DNA of 64,000 bases from Gordius albopunctatus (taxonomy: Eukaryota). The notes beneath the pieces are model-generated. The model did no database searches and had not been told where the DNA came from. It worked only from the letters and a program-made list of their open reading frames with translations. Location: the NCBI GenBank assembly GCA_964276515.1, contig OZ193909.1, positions 8,184,001 to 8,248,000 of the forward strand, written 5' to 3'. Position numbers and translations under genes: made by a program. This document shows positions 43,269 through 56,760 of this stretch, in pieces. Position 1 is the stretch's first letter; each line of letters begins with the position of its first letter.

Positions 43269-46200
43269 TTATTCCGAGTCACTAGTGTAATCACTAGTGT
43301 CTCTTTCAGTATTAATATTTTCATTCGAAATAATATTTAAATGCGAATCAATATTGTCATCATCAAAAGAATTATGACTAACAAACGAGCGCGATATAAC
43401 AATATTAGAAAAATTCCAATTACGCGAATCATAGGTAAAAGAAAATAAATTTGCGATATTATCTAAATAATTAAAAACATCAATCGAAAGCGACGTATCA
43501 TTATAAAAAGAGAGCAGATTAGTTATTTGAGCATCTTTTTGCTTAACGCGCTTGCTAATCGAAAATACTTTTTGGCCTTGATCAATTTGTAATAAATTGA
43601 TCTCAGCTTTCTCATTATTTTCTATTAAAAACGAAATGCAGGTGTAAACATCAGGGTGAGGTTGCCCAATAAGGGACTTTAGAGAGTTGTGATAACCCTC
43701 AAGATGGTTATTGGTCCTAGGACCAATAGCATCACATCTTTGCCACATGGAATAGGGAAATATAGCCGACGGGCTTATCCATGTGGTCAAAATATAATCA
43801 AAAAACGCGCGCATTTTAGCATGCTGGGAGACAATAGGGTCATCCCAGCATGATCTCCAGACCATGTACACATCGTTCGAACGCAGGAATGGAAACCCCG
43901 TAACCCTTCGAATCATCTTGCGCATTCGAGGATCCCGCAGATATTCCTTCTTAAATCCCAACTTATCAATTCTTCTAAGAAGGGCCTTAGAGTAATGGAA
44001 CAGGCAACCTTAAATAAAAATATAAGCATAACAATTTTAATTAATACCTTTGATGATGGCGTTTGGGAACGATTTTTCGATCGCGCTTTTAGCGGACCGC
44101 TCAAAATCAATTTGTACAAATCTTGGGTTTAAATGTAAATTTAAACCCAAACATACCCTCTTAATTACACTGAACACCCTGCAGTATGTTCCACGCATCC
44201 TATTAGGCATGAAGACATATACCACAGGTATCATGTGGTCCTTATAATACGCATGTATAGTATAGAGCTAAAATAATTGATATATTAATGCATAAATTAT
44301 AATTTACTTGATAAAATAATTTTGGGCATACTTTAAAAGTACCATCCATGTAAATGGATGGTACCTCACATAAAACCTTCAACAGTGAAGGCGTCCCAAA
44401 AATGAGAATGTCATTGTTGTCGTTCCATATGAGGAACGACTCTCCTTTCGGTGTCAAAGTTTGAACTTCGCTAAGTCGTATATCCCTCCTAGCAGGGGGA
44501 ACGGCTTGCCTGTTTGGCTTGGCTCTTTTCATAGTCAACCGCACAGCCTTCAGGGGTGGTGTTGCCAGTGGATACGCACCCAAGTCAGGGACCTCGCGAA
44601 GTCTGGAAGCTATGGTTTTGTGATATAAGCGGCTAATTTTTGTAGAAGGGCTGGCTATAACCGCTTCCTTCAACTTCATCTTTGTGACAAGCGCTTCGTA
44701 CTCCTCCCTTGGCAGTTCATGGTTATGTCCATGCTTGACAACGACATTCCCATTAAGTTCTGAGGCACTTGCGGGGCAAGATGAGTTTCGACAAGAGTAA
44801 AAAACTCTGCCATTCTTTGTACTATTTTTCACATAAAGGTGCTCCCTAAAATATAGAATTTTTCCTCCCTTTTGTGATAGTATGTACTCTGGAGTTGCCA
44901 CTATAAGAAATATATATATGATTTAAAAAGAGATACCTTCATAGTTTTCGTCCATCTGGTTTGTTGCATCTACCAACAATAAAGCATCATTCATAGTAGC
45001 ACCATCTAAAAACGAAATTGTGTCAGTTACATGTAAATTAAGATTAAAATTATTGTTTTACCACAAAACAAAGACTCTTGCACATTATCTCCTGACACAT
45101 CGCGCGAAGGTCCTTGAAGTTGACCTAAGAAGTCTATAAAATACAGAATACAATTTACTATGAGGTAGGATGTTTACGGGCTGAGGCCTACACAATGCAT
45201 TGGGAATGTTCCTTGAAGTTGATTGCAAATAAATTGGTTGACCTAATAAGTCTATAAAATACAGAATGCAATTTACTATAAGCTAGGATGTTTATGGGCT
45301 GAGGCCCACACAATGCATTGGGAATGTTCCTTGAAGTTGATTGCAAATAAATTGGTTGACCTAAGAAGTCTATAAAATACAGAATACAATTTACTATGAG
45401 GTATGATGTTTGTGGGCTGAGGCCCACACAATGCATTGGGAATGTTCCTTGAAGTTGATTGCAAATAAATTGGTTGACCTAAGAAGTCTATAAAATACAG
45501 AATGCAATTTACTATGAGGTATGATGTTTGTGGGCTGAGGCCCACACAATGCATTGGGAATGTTCCTTGAAGTTGATTGCAAATAAATTGGTTGACCTAA
45601 GAAGTCTATAAAATACAGAATACAATTTACTATGAGGTAGGATGTTTGTGGGCTGAGGCCCACACAATGCATTGGGAATGTTCCTTGAAGTTGATTGCAA
45701 ATAAATTGGTTGACCTAAGAAGTCTATAAAATACAGAATACAATTTACTATGAGGTATGATGTTTGTGGGCTGAGGCCCACACAATGCATTGGGAATGTT
45801 CCTTGAAGTTGATTGCAAATAAATTGGTTGACCTAAGAAGTCTATAAAATACAGAATACAATTTACTATAAGCTAGGATGTTTATGGGCTGAGGCCCACA
45901 CAATGCATTGGGAATGTTCCTTGAAGTTGATTGCAAATAAATTGGTTGACCTAAGAAGTCTATAAAATACAGAATACAATTTACTATGAGGTATGATGTT
46001 TGTGGGCTGAGGCCCACACAATGCATTGGGAATGTTCCTTGAAGTTGATTGCAAATAAATTGGTTGACCTAAGAAGTCTATAAAATACAGAATACAATTT
46101 ACTATGAGGTAGGATGTTTGTGGGCTGAGGCCCACACAATGCATTGGGAATGTTCCTTGAAGTTGATTGCAAATAAATTGGTTGACCTAAGAAGTCTATA

Positions 46201-47296
46201 AAATACAGAATACAATTTACTATGAGGTATGATGTTTGTGGGCTGAGGCCCACACAATGCATTGGGAATGTTCCTTGAAGTTGATTGCAAATAAATTGGT
46301 TGACCTAAGAAGTCTATAAAATACAGAATACAATTTACTATGAGGTATGATGTTTGTGGGCTGAGGCCCACACAATGCATTGGGAATGTTCCTTGAAGTT
46401 GATTGCAAATAAATTGGTTGACCTAAGAAGTCTATAAAATACAGAATACAATTTACTATAAGCTAGGATGTTTATGGGCTGAGGCCCACACAATGCATTG
46501 GGAATGTTCCTTGAAGTTGATTGCAAATAAATTGGTTGACCTAAGAAGTCTATAAAATACAGAATACAATTTACTATGAGGTATGATGTTTGTGGGCTGA
46601 GGCCCACACAATGCATTGGGAATGTTCCTTGAAGTTGATTGCAAATAAATTGGTTGACCTAAGAAGTCTATAAAATACAGAATACAATTTACTATGAGGT
46701 AGGATGTTTGTGGGCTGAGGCCCACACAATGCATTGGGAATGTTCCTTGAAGTTGATTGCAAATAAATTGGTTGACCTAAGAAGTCTATAAAATACAGAA
46801 TACAATTTACTATGAGGTAGGATGTTTGTGGGCTGAGGCCCACACAATGCATTGGGAATGTTCCTTGAAGTTGATTGCAAATAAATTGGTTGACCTAAGA
46901 AGTCTATAAAATACAGAATACAATTTACTATGAGGTATGATGTTTGTGGGCTGAGGCCCACACAATGCATTGGGAATGTTCCTTGAAGTTGATTGCAAAT
47001 AAATTGGTTGACCTAAGAAGTCTATAAAATACAGAATACAATTTACTATAAGCTAGGATGTTTATGGGCTGAGGCCCACACAATGCATTGGGAATGTTTC
47101 TTGAAGCTGATTGCAAATAAATTGGTTGACCTAATAAGTCTATAAAATACAGAATGCAATTTACTATAAGCTAGGATGTTTATGGGCTGAGGCCCACACA
47201 TGTTATTCAAAATGCCCTTTGTAAGTGCTTGACCTAAAAAATTATATAATCTAGACCCTAAAATGTACTTGATGTCTTATGAGGAGTATGTCGCAT
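43269..47296 (-). CDS. FLYWCH-MULE (Mutator-like) DDE transposase, apparently intact, with a predicted N-terminal 28-aa repeat array
   Basis: SQKGGKILY...YSCRNSSCPAS...HGHNH (FLYWCH), YMDGTF, IDFE, GCLFHY, RTNNHLEGYH. The core 43269-44901 is joined by ~39-40-nt introns without stops. The extension to ATG 47296 is a splice model inferred by eye. Confidence 0.8.
45111..47200. repeat. 118-bp tandem array, ~18 near-identical units
   Basis: Unit TTCCTTGAAGTTGATTGCAAATAAATTGGTTGACCTAAGAAGTCTATAAAATACAGAATACAATTTACTATGAGGTATGATGTTTGTGGGCTGAGGCCCACACAATGCATTGGGAATG. The ORF track repeats with a 118-nt period. Confidence 0.98.
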
Positions 47297-48776
47297 AGCA
47301 AATTAATAAGATCTAATAATTAGATTTATTAATAAGATATCTAAAAATAGATAGATATTCCAAAATTGTATAAAAAATTGGATATTCGAAAATGGTGGGA
47401 AAACTTCCGTTAGAAGGTTAAATCTAAATTGCGAAAGAATCTTAAATCCATGGAATGATCTAGATTGCGGGAGAATGCGTCTAAATTTTCAATTAGTAAT
47501 TCTGCACTATACCAAGAAATTGCCAAATATTCTTAAATTTACATTAGATTGTATGCACTATACGTCGAAATTGCCAAATGTTCCTATTGGTTTATTGGCT
47601 TTTTTTCTGATCAGCTTTTTTTTTGAAGAGCTTAAATTTTGAACAGAAACGGTTAAAATTTTAAATATTATGGGTCCTATTCAATACATTGTAAATTTTT
47701 TATGATAATGTATAAAATGGTAACCAACTAAATATTACAGGCTGAATAAAAAAGTGATATTACAATATCGTTTCAAATCGGACTTTGCGAGCGATTTGTA
47801 ATTTTTATACAATTTTAATATATTACGAGTTATATTGAAAATTTCTTAGATGGTAATATGAATTAATTTTGTAAGATTAACGAATTATACTAGTTTAAAA
47901 TGGATCATGGTTGAGCCAGCACAATCGACACAAAAATCATCACAAAATTCGTTTCGCATTTTATCGATTACTTGTTTTTCCTATCGTTTAAGCTTATTTT
48001 AACAAAGGCTGTGCATATTTTTTAGAATCTACGAAGTCAGAAGAAATGTAAAATTTTAATGCAAATTTTTCAATAACTCATAAAGTAACTTATATTTATT
48101 AATACACATAAATTGTAAATTCAGGTATTATTCTCTAAGTTATATATGTAAAATTGAAAAATACCTGTCATCTTTTAGAGGAAATTCATTTAAAAAAAGC
48201 ATTATTTCAGAAGAAACTTTCAAAGGTATTTTAGTTAATGCAGCTTAATTTTAAATTTATATTAACCCTTGCCATTTATATTATAATCTTTACCATTAAT
48301 TTAGTTATTAGTCAATCTTATATGAAAATTAGTCCATTAGCTATGAAAAATTTAATGCAGCTAAATGAATTAAAATAACAAACAATAAATCAATACATTT
48401 TTAATCCAATAAAAAATTTTTGTAAGAATTATACAAAAGGAAACTTGCATCAAAAATTTGCAAGATCTTTACAAAAATCATGAAATATACATACATCAAC
48501 ATATTTGAAACACATATCTTCTTACATGAAGTACGGAGAAAGAAATGTTTGTTTTATTTACATATTACTCTCTATACATATTGTTCACTGAATATATATA
48601 ATACATATTGTTCACTGAATTTTAATAAATATTCTATACATGATATATTTATAAAGCTATAATAAAATTTTGGTTCTCATTTTATGAAATCTTTCAGTCT
48701 ACAAATATTATATATGAAATCTATAAGATGATTACAAATTATTAAATAATTACCTACATATAGCTAGGATCTAAGA

Positions 48777-49960
48777 TACAGTCAAAATCACTTAAGTGAG
48801 AATTGCTGGGCCTTAATTTAAAAAAAAATTCTCATTTAAGCGATTTTTTGCACTTATACGATTAATTTAATTATTTATTTAATTTATGAAGAGTTTTGCA
48901 CTCATGCTATATTTATAAAGCTATAGATTCCAAAAATTAATATCCGTAACATATAATATATATATACATAAATTATTTAGATAAAGTTAAAATTTTAAGC
49001 ATACTTAACTTTATGCACTTTTTATGCTGAATAGAATCAGCTGACATTTGTTGCATACATTTAACATTTATAAATTTTCTAATATATGAAAGAATCTAGA
49101 TAAATATTTGATTTATATTTGTCTTATTTATACATTCTATAGTAATATCCAATCAGAGGATATATATTCTAAAATTTACTATTTTAATAGTATGTTTGTT
49201 AAATTTTATAATAAACTTATCAAATATTAAATGAATTTATATCATGAAAATATTATAAATAAATCTTTGTTTTGTACTTGCCTTATATTTGCATATCTTT
49301 TATTATTACTAAAATTAGCAAGAAAAACATTTTTCTAGCTTTCTTCACATTTGAAATAAAACTAAACAATGGACAAAAAATACTGTGATAAGTTTATTTA
49401 AATATACAAATTATTTGTTAAAATATTGTGTTATAAGTTGTTGATGACTTTCACATTTAAAGAGTTTATTTTCAATAAAGAATTCAAACTCTCTAAAATT
49501 TTTTTGATCTTTCAATACATGATGTGCATATTTGGCTAAAGTAAAGAATGCCATTTGTGCATCTTCTTTGGTAGGTATATCTTCAACTAATTCAACTTCA
49601 TTTATATCATCATAGGTACAATCATCTTGTCTTTCCAAATTTTCTAAAAAATTATAAATTAAAATGTAAAATTACCTATTTCCTCTATAATATCAGCATC
49701 AGTATAATCACCAAAACAGCTAATACAATCATCATCATAGTTAAGTGAATCATCATAGGATGGAGAAGATGAGGTGCTAACTAAACAGTCTGAGCTACTT
49801 GAATTTTCTGTAATCACATCAAGACAACCTGCTTCATCAATCCTGCTGTTATTTTGCAGACTAGGAATAACATTAAAGCCAGCCTTTTTAAAACAATTTT
49901 GTATAGTTTTTTTGAAGCTGTAACAAAATCAGCATTACCCATTTCATTATTTGTAGAGTA
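48777..49960 (-). mobile_element. Tigger/pogo (CENP-B-like DDE) transposon 3' remnant
   Basis: KTIQNCFKKAGF, IPTKEDAQMAF and QQLITQYFNK C-terminal motifs. TA-CAGTCAAA TIR-like end at 48777. Confidence 0.65.
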
Positions 49961-50532
49961 GCAATTGATATTGTTCCTGGTACGGAATCTCTGTATCCAA
50001 CTAGAATCTGGAATGCCTAAGATTATTATTTAAAAAATATAAATTTGTTTAAAAAGGCTAATTAAAAATTATAATAAAAATTGATCATTGATGATAAAAA
50101 TATTAATTTAAAAAATTTACTTTAATTAAAATGATTTGAAATTAAGGGGGGGGGAAACACCCCCCCCCCTGCCCTCTGGTGAGAAAGAGGGTAAAAAGTA
50201 AGGGGGAGGCAAAACACCCCCCCCCCTTGCCCTCTAGTGAGAAAGAGGGTAAAAAATAAGGGGGGGGGGGGCAAAACAATGGGACAAATAAAGGTAGGGG
50301 GGCAAAGTTCTTTATAATATATTTTAATTTTTTTATCACCTTTTTTAGGAAAAATATATGATGGAAAAATATTGAATAGCATTATATGGCAGCTGCCAAC
50401 TCTAATAGTAAGCTAAAATTGAATTTGCTAAAAACCAGGTTGAGTTTAAAATGAGCCTGGTCGATACCACGGTTTATATAAATCCAATCTGCCAAATGCC
50501 CGGTTACTTACATCTCTCTCAACCAAACAACC

Positions 50533-52600
50533 ATGGCAACTCTAATCTGCCGTGCTAGTAACCGGGTTATTAAGCAGCATGGTACTGGTTATGATATGGT
50601 AATGGTAGGAGATATGTGCCTATTACCAGGTTTAGCACTATACCAGCAGAAACAATTCGAGCAGATTAAACAACACTAAGTGGCAGAGCATGCCATTCCG
50701 AATAACCATATAGAATGGGTATACGAGGAATTAGCAGGCAGATTGAAGACAATATTCAAAGGTAAAAATTACCCCCTGGCTCAATGATTCCGACTGGGAA
50801 ACATCAGACAGATGGAAGGGGAGCCGATAACGCAATTTGTACGTAGACTGATATCCGAATCAAGGGATTGCAATTTCACAAGCGGGGAGTGACCCAAAAG
50901 GCTGTTGGATAAGTTCATTCTGGGATTGCAGAATCCGACGGTGCAAGACAGATTGATGGCTGAGGGTGAACTAAAATGGGACAGGGCCATCGATTTAGCG
51001 ATGGGGATGGAAGCAATAGAAGAAGGGATAAGAACGGTGCACGTGCCAGTAGAAGAAGCATTTGCGGTGGATACGTCAAGGGCGGGCCATAACTTGACCA
51101 GGTTCAACCATGCTTTAGATATTTTACTATCAATCTATATATTAATAATAATTTGGTGTAATTTTTAATGGACACCGGGTCTTCGGTTACGATCGTGCCG
51201 GACACATTTTGGTGGGAGACCCTACCAACCATAGCAGAACCCATGCCCACCGTCTACGGGTATGGAAAAAAAGAAATAAGGATAATCGCCGAACTAAAGA
51301 CCGACGCCCGACTAGGCCAAACACGGAAAATGCTGCCACTGTTAATGGCTGACGCGAAGGGACCGCCGTTGCTTGGTACTAATTGGAGAAAGGAATTCGG
51401 GAGAGAAATATGGGAAAAGGTGCGGTGGAACTCGAGGGTAGCAATGGAGGCCTATCGCGTGAACTTCATCGACGATCTAAGCGCGAGGGAGCCGGCGACA
51501 ACGAGGAGCGACATCGATTATGCGATTAGACAGATGGCAATCCAGAAGGATGCGACTCCACAGGCTTTAAGGGGCATAGAAGTCGAGATACCTATGGAAA
51601 ACGGGGTCAAGCCGGTGTTTATCCCCGCGCGTCGAGTTTCCTTAGCATGGAGGAGGAAGGTCAAGAAAGAGTTGAACAAGTGGGTGAAGGACGACATGAT
51701 CGCGCCAGTCAAATATTCCGGTTGGGCAAGCCCGTTTGTGCCAGTTCAAAAGAATGACGGAAATCTTAGACTTTGCATCGACTATTGCTTTGCGGTCAAC
51801 AAATATGGACAAGGATTACTATATCCTCTTCCCAGGATTGACGATTTGCTCACCAAGCTAGAAAACGCACCATACTTCACGAAAATTTGAACTTGCCAAG
51901 GCGTACCACCAATTAAGTGTGAGCTGGGAAACCATCCTCTATCTAACAGTTTCAACTCACATGGAAGTTTTAAGAGTCAAGAGAATGCCTTTTGGACTTA
52001 ATGGTGCGGCGGCAATTTTCCAGAAAACAATGGATATATTATTTGCTGACATGGAAGGTGTAGTAGTATACATTGACGATTTATTGATAGTGGGGGATTC
52101 AGAGAAGGTCCACGACAGCCGATAGCATAAAGTGCTCACTACGTTGCACAAATGGGGTTTTAGCGAAAACTTTTCCAAAACAGTAATTGGTGCAACACAA
52201 GTGACGTTCTTGGGATATATCATCAGCAAAAAAGGAATAAAAGTGAATGACGAGAAGGTTAAGGTGGTTGTCGATTGGGGACAGCTGAGTAACAAGACGT
52301 AAGTTAAATCCTTTTTGGGGTTGACATCGTACTTCGCAAATTTATCAAAAATTACGCTCAGTTGATACAACCGATTTAAAGGTTAAGAAAGGCTAACGTA
52401 GTCTTCCGCTGGGGTGAAGAGCAACAGTTAGCCTTCGGGAACATCAAGAGTGCGCTCGTTACCGCACCCGTATTAGCTTATTTTAACGGAGATTGGGAGA
52501 CGGGGTTAGTAGTTGATGCCTCGAGAAAAGGTCTATGGGCAATTTTGCAACAGCGACCGCCAGGTGGAGAGTGGTGGCGTACGCGTCAATAGCCCTAATC
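50533..52600 (+). mobile_element. Decayed Ty3/Gypsy gag-pol, copy 1 (truncated in RNase H)
   Basis: Gag DKFILGL..VQDRL, protease MDTGSS, RT WASPFVPVQK/LRLCIDY/RMPFGL/YIDD, RNase H VDAS. Confidence 0.9.
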
Positions 52601-55600
52601 CCAGCCGTAACAGTGGCGACGTGAAACCTACGCGGAGATGCAGAAATATAAAAATAACGGCTAACATCTACGCTTTTACAGCACAATTTGAGCTATTCCT
52701 AAAGAGCAATAAGCATGAGACAGACGAGCAAAAAGCAACACTATTATTAACCAGCCTTGATGTAGAGGCATTCAAATTAATATTAGAGGATTATAGACCT
52801 CAAGATTTGACAGGAATTACATATGAAGATGCTAAAAATCGACTAAGAAAATTATTCCAGAGGAATGAGACGATAAATGGGGAGCTAAGCACCTTGCAGG
52901 ACGGGTCCGAAGAGGCGTGGAACATAGTGGCGAGACGAGAAGCGTGGCCTAGGCCGGCCCGAATTCCCAGGTTAAACCATGCTTTAAATGTGTTAACAGT
53001 AGATATATATATATATAAATAACGATTTGCTCCAATGTATCGTTGATACGGGCGCTACGGTCTCAATAATATCGGAGCGAAGATGGGCGAAGGAGATCCC
53101 ACGCAACAAAGAGCCCGTCCCGACGTCGTACGCGTACGGCTACGAGGAAATAAAGATCGTAGCCAAGGTACAAGCCGGGGTCCGAATGGGTAACACGAGG
53201 AAACAGCTGTCGTTATTGTTAGCAGAGGTAGGGGGCCGCCGTTGTGCGGGATAGATTGGATCCAAGAATTTGAGCCCGAAATCAGGCATCGTATACGTTG
53301 GAACTCGAGAGCTGCGGCGGAACGGTTCGCGGTAAATTACGTAAAAAGATCGAAGGATACTAAGTCCGCGATCCAGCACGTGATGTAGCAAGTCAAGGGA
53401 ATAAAGGTGGAAGTGCCGTTAAAAGAAGGGATAAATCCCGTGTTTATCCCCGCAAGAATGGTGCCGATGGCATGAAAGAAAGAAGTAGAAGAAGAATAGT
53501 TGAATAATTCGGTCAGAGACGGGGTAATAGAACCAATCGATTTTTTAAGATGGGCCAGTCCAGTGGTACCCGTAAAAAAGCGATGGGAGCCTGCGATTAT
53601 GTATAGATTACCGGTTTACGATAAATAAATACGCGCAAGGTTTGTTGTACCCCTTACCCAAAATCGACGATTTGGTAAATAAACTCAATAACGCGTGTTG
53701 TTTTACGAAGCTGGACCTAACGAAAGTGTACTTACAGCTTGAATTAGGGTCAGAGACGAGTCAGCGATTGACTATCTCTACGCACAAGGGCTTATTTAAA
53801 GTTAACCGGATGCCTTTTGGCTTAAATTGTGCCGCGGCTATTTTCCAAAAAACAATGGTTCAAATATTAGGAGGCATAGAGGGGGTAGCGGTATACATCG
53901 ACGATATACTAATTGCAGGGGAAGCGGAAGAAATTCACAACGAGCGGTTACTCAAAGTAATAGAAACGTTACAAAAGTGGGGGTTCGTGCCAAACATTGC
54001 CAAGAGCATATTGTGGACGAAGGAAGTAACCTTTTTGGGATACGTAATAAGTAACAAGGGGATTCAAATCTAGGACAATAAAGCCGAGCTAGTCAAGCAG
54101 TGGAAGAATTTAACAAACAAAAATGAAATAAAATCCTTCCTTGAATTAATAGCATATTTTTCAAATTTCATTAAGGACTACGCCAAAATGGTGCACCCGA
54201 TTCAAAAACTCATGAAAACAAACGTGATGTACCACTGGGGTGAAGAACAAGAAGGCGTATTTGAAGCCATCACGTTCGCGCTTACGAAAGCCCCCGTACT
54301 GGCATACTTTAATGGAGATTGGGAGACTGACCTGGTCGTAGACGCCTATGGTACAGGGTTAGGGGCCATCTTACAGCAACGAGCATCAGGAAAGAATTTG
54401 AGAGTGGTGGCCTAAGCTACAAGAACGTTAAACGATAGCCAAAGCCGGTATTCGACGATCGAACGAGAGGCGCATGTGGTGGTTTATGGACTAAAAAAGT
54501 TCAATGAATATATACAAGGACGAAGCGTGACTGTTATGACGGATCATAGACCGCTATTATATATATTTGATCAGATCAAAAGGGGAAAGGAACAATGGTC
54601 ACCACGTCTAACTATGTGGGTGTTCATGGTATCAGGCCAAACGACCAAGTTTGAGTACAACAAGGCATCCGAAAACGCGGCAGATTTCTTGTCTAGAAAA
54701 CCGAACGAAAAAGCGTATCAGGTTAGCGAGGAAATGGCAAAAGACTCGACGAATCCGTTTATATCATTGAACGTAATAAGACAACACACCTTGGAAGATC
54801 CGGGGCTACGTCAATTAAAAGAGTGGATTAGAGGTAAACAAAACACAATAGTCACGTGTGGTCTAAAACTCTCCTACGAAAAACACCTGCCAAAGTTACA
54901 TGAAGCCAAAACATAATATTTTACAAAGGGCGACGAATATTAATTCCGGCTAAGTTACGAGGAGCGGTACTCGTGGGTATCAAGCGAATGCAAGAAGTGG
55001 AGTGGCAGTATATATGGTGGCCTACGCTCGACGGTGACTTAGTGAGCGTAGCGAAAGGGTGCCGGAATTGCAATTACGCGGCCGCGGGGGCGAAGAAGGC
55101 ACCGTTGATAGAGTGTCAACCTAGCCATAGACCATAGGTTCAAGTACATATCGATATCATGGGTCCTCTCAGGAGTAAGTCATACCTGGTGATGGTGGAC
55201 AATAGCTCGAAATGGGTAGAGGTGTTTAAATTAGTAGACACAACATCGAAAACCATTATAAAAAAAACTTGCCAAAACGTTTGTTAGATTTGGAAATTCA
55301 CCATGGTTAATATCAGATAACGGTCCACAATTCAAAGAGGCAGGAATTACAGAATTTTTGCAAGATGAGAAGGATTAATCAGCAATGGACAGCCCCTTAC
55401 CATCCGGCGTCGAACGGTCTGGCAAAGAGGTATGTACGATTAATTAAAGAAGCGATTATTAGGAACGATTTGGAAGTAGGGCTAAGTAGACTTTTGGAAA
55501 ACTACAGATCTACAAAACACCCCACAACCAATAAAAGCCCAGCAGAAGTGATGCTAAAAAGGCGTATGCGAACCGAATGGGAGGTATTGAGGGAAGCCGT

Positions 55601-55920
55601 ACCACAAAAATGGGTAAAGACCGGGAACCTGCGAATATTCAATGTAGGAAACTTGGTTTGGGTACGCATGTTTTTGGGTCCAAGCAAACGATAAAATCCA
55701 AGCCCGGTAGTTGTTCCTACGATGTATGGGCACAGGAAGAAAGCACCACCGACACGTGGATAAAGTAAGGAAACGGAAAATCCTAGATTGGACCACGCTG
55801 GGACAAGAGAACGGGTGGCCACAAAGGATATCATCAGAAAGGAAAGAGGGAAAAAGTGCTCCAAGGGAACAAATGTAAAACAGGGGAACAATTGCTATAA
55901 GGGAAAAAATTCAAAACCAG
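52601..55920 (+). mobile_element. Decayed Ty3/Gypsy gag-pol, copy 2 (through integrase)
   Basis: Gag ATLLLTSL, protease VDTGA, RT YIDD, RNase H YSTIERE/TDHRPL/ADFLSR, integrase VHIDIMGP/SDNGPQF/TAPYHPASNG. Many stops and frameshifts; no LTRs recognised. Confidence 0.9.
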
Positions 55921-56760
55921 TCACAAACGCCTAGGGAAGAATAGACGATCCAGTGTTGATACCTCGCTAGTTGATACAAAACCGGGCTGACTTCCTATAG
56001 CAGTTTCTAAGTCATCTTTAACTTTTTCTATAAGATATGCCATGTACTGGTGATAAACACTCAAATTTTGAGTCTTAAATCGACGACACTCGCTAATAAG
56101 ACTATCTTCTTTTTGAATGCCATACATATATTTTTATTTTTATGATTTGGCCATTTTACAGCATGATCTTCTCTGCCTGGTTGAATATATACCGGTACTA
56201 CCAAGTTCATTATGGAATTTGCCCCCCCCCGGATATTAAATTATGTAGACTGTAAAAGGGAAAAGTATCGATGTAGCCTTTTCAATTTGTTCCCATTCAA
56301 TGTTGGATAGTAATTTCTCCTAAGAGGAATTTAAAGGCCAAATTCAATGCCTGCTTTACTAAAATAGCTCTTTCTATCATTATATAAGTGCTGTTCCACC
56401 TGACTACCATGTCAGGTTTTGCCTTTATGTAATTAATTGGTGGGTCAAATTCTTTACATATAGCCTTTAATCGTGAGATATTTTTGGGCTGTCTTGCAAT
56501 ATCAAAGTCCATAATTTAATTAAATTTTTATCCTCGTTCTCCATAACTTATGTAAGTTTGAAAAATTTTTAATTAAACTTTTTCAAATTGTAACAGGAAA
56601 AATAACTAAGATGCGGTAAGATAAAAATAGCTAAATATTTGCGTCTCACCTATTTAAATTAAACTTAAAATAATTTGATTTTTTCTAGGATTCGATTCGG
56701 ATTTTCGAAATTCGATTCGAAACTTACACATATGGATTCGAATTCGGATTCGATTCGAAA
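55921..56760 (-). mobile_element. hAT transposase fragment with TTCGA subterminal repeats
   Basis: PDMVVRWNSTYIMIERA is the hAT RWNS motif. GATTCGATTCG repeats at 56689-56760. Confidence 0.6.

Noticed and set aside
45188..47116. Series of 62-92-aa ORFs as separate genes
   Set aside because: They arise from reading a 118-nt period unspliced; the spliced model explains them better.
45111..47200. CRISPR array
   Set aside because: Units are near-identical along their whole length with no unique spacers, there are no cas genes, and the context is eukaryotic.
51100..53030. Programmed frameshift or intron at the AT-rich gag-protease junction of both Gypsy copies
   Set aside because: The segment encodes the protease N-terminus (..IYINN..DTG), and the two copies shift in different directions at a (TA)n run, consistent with slippage decay.
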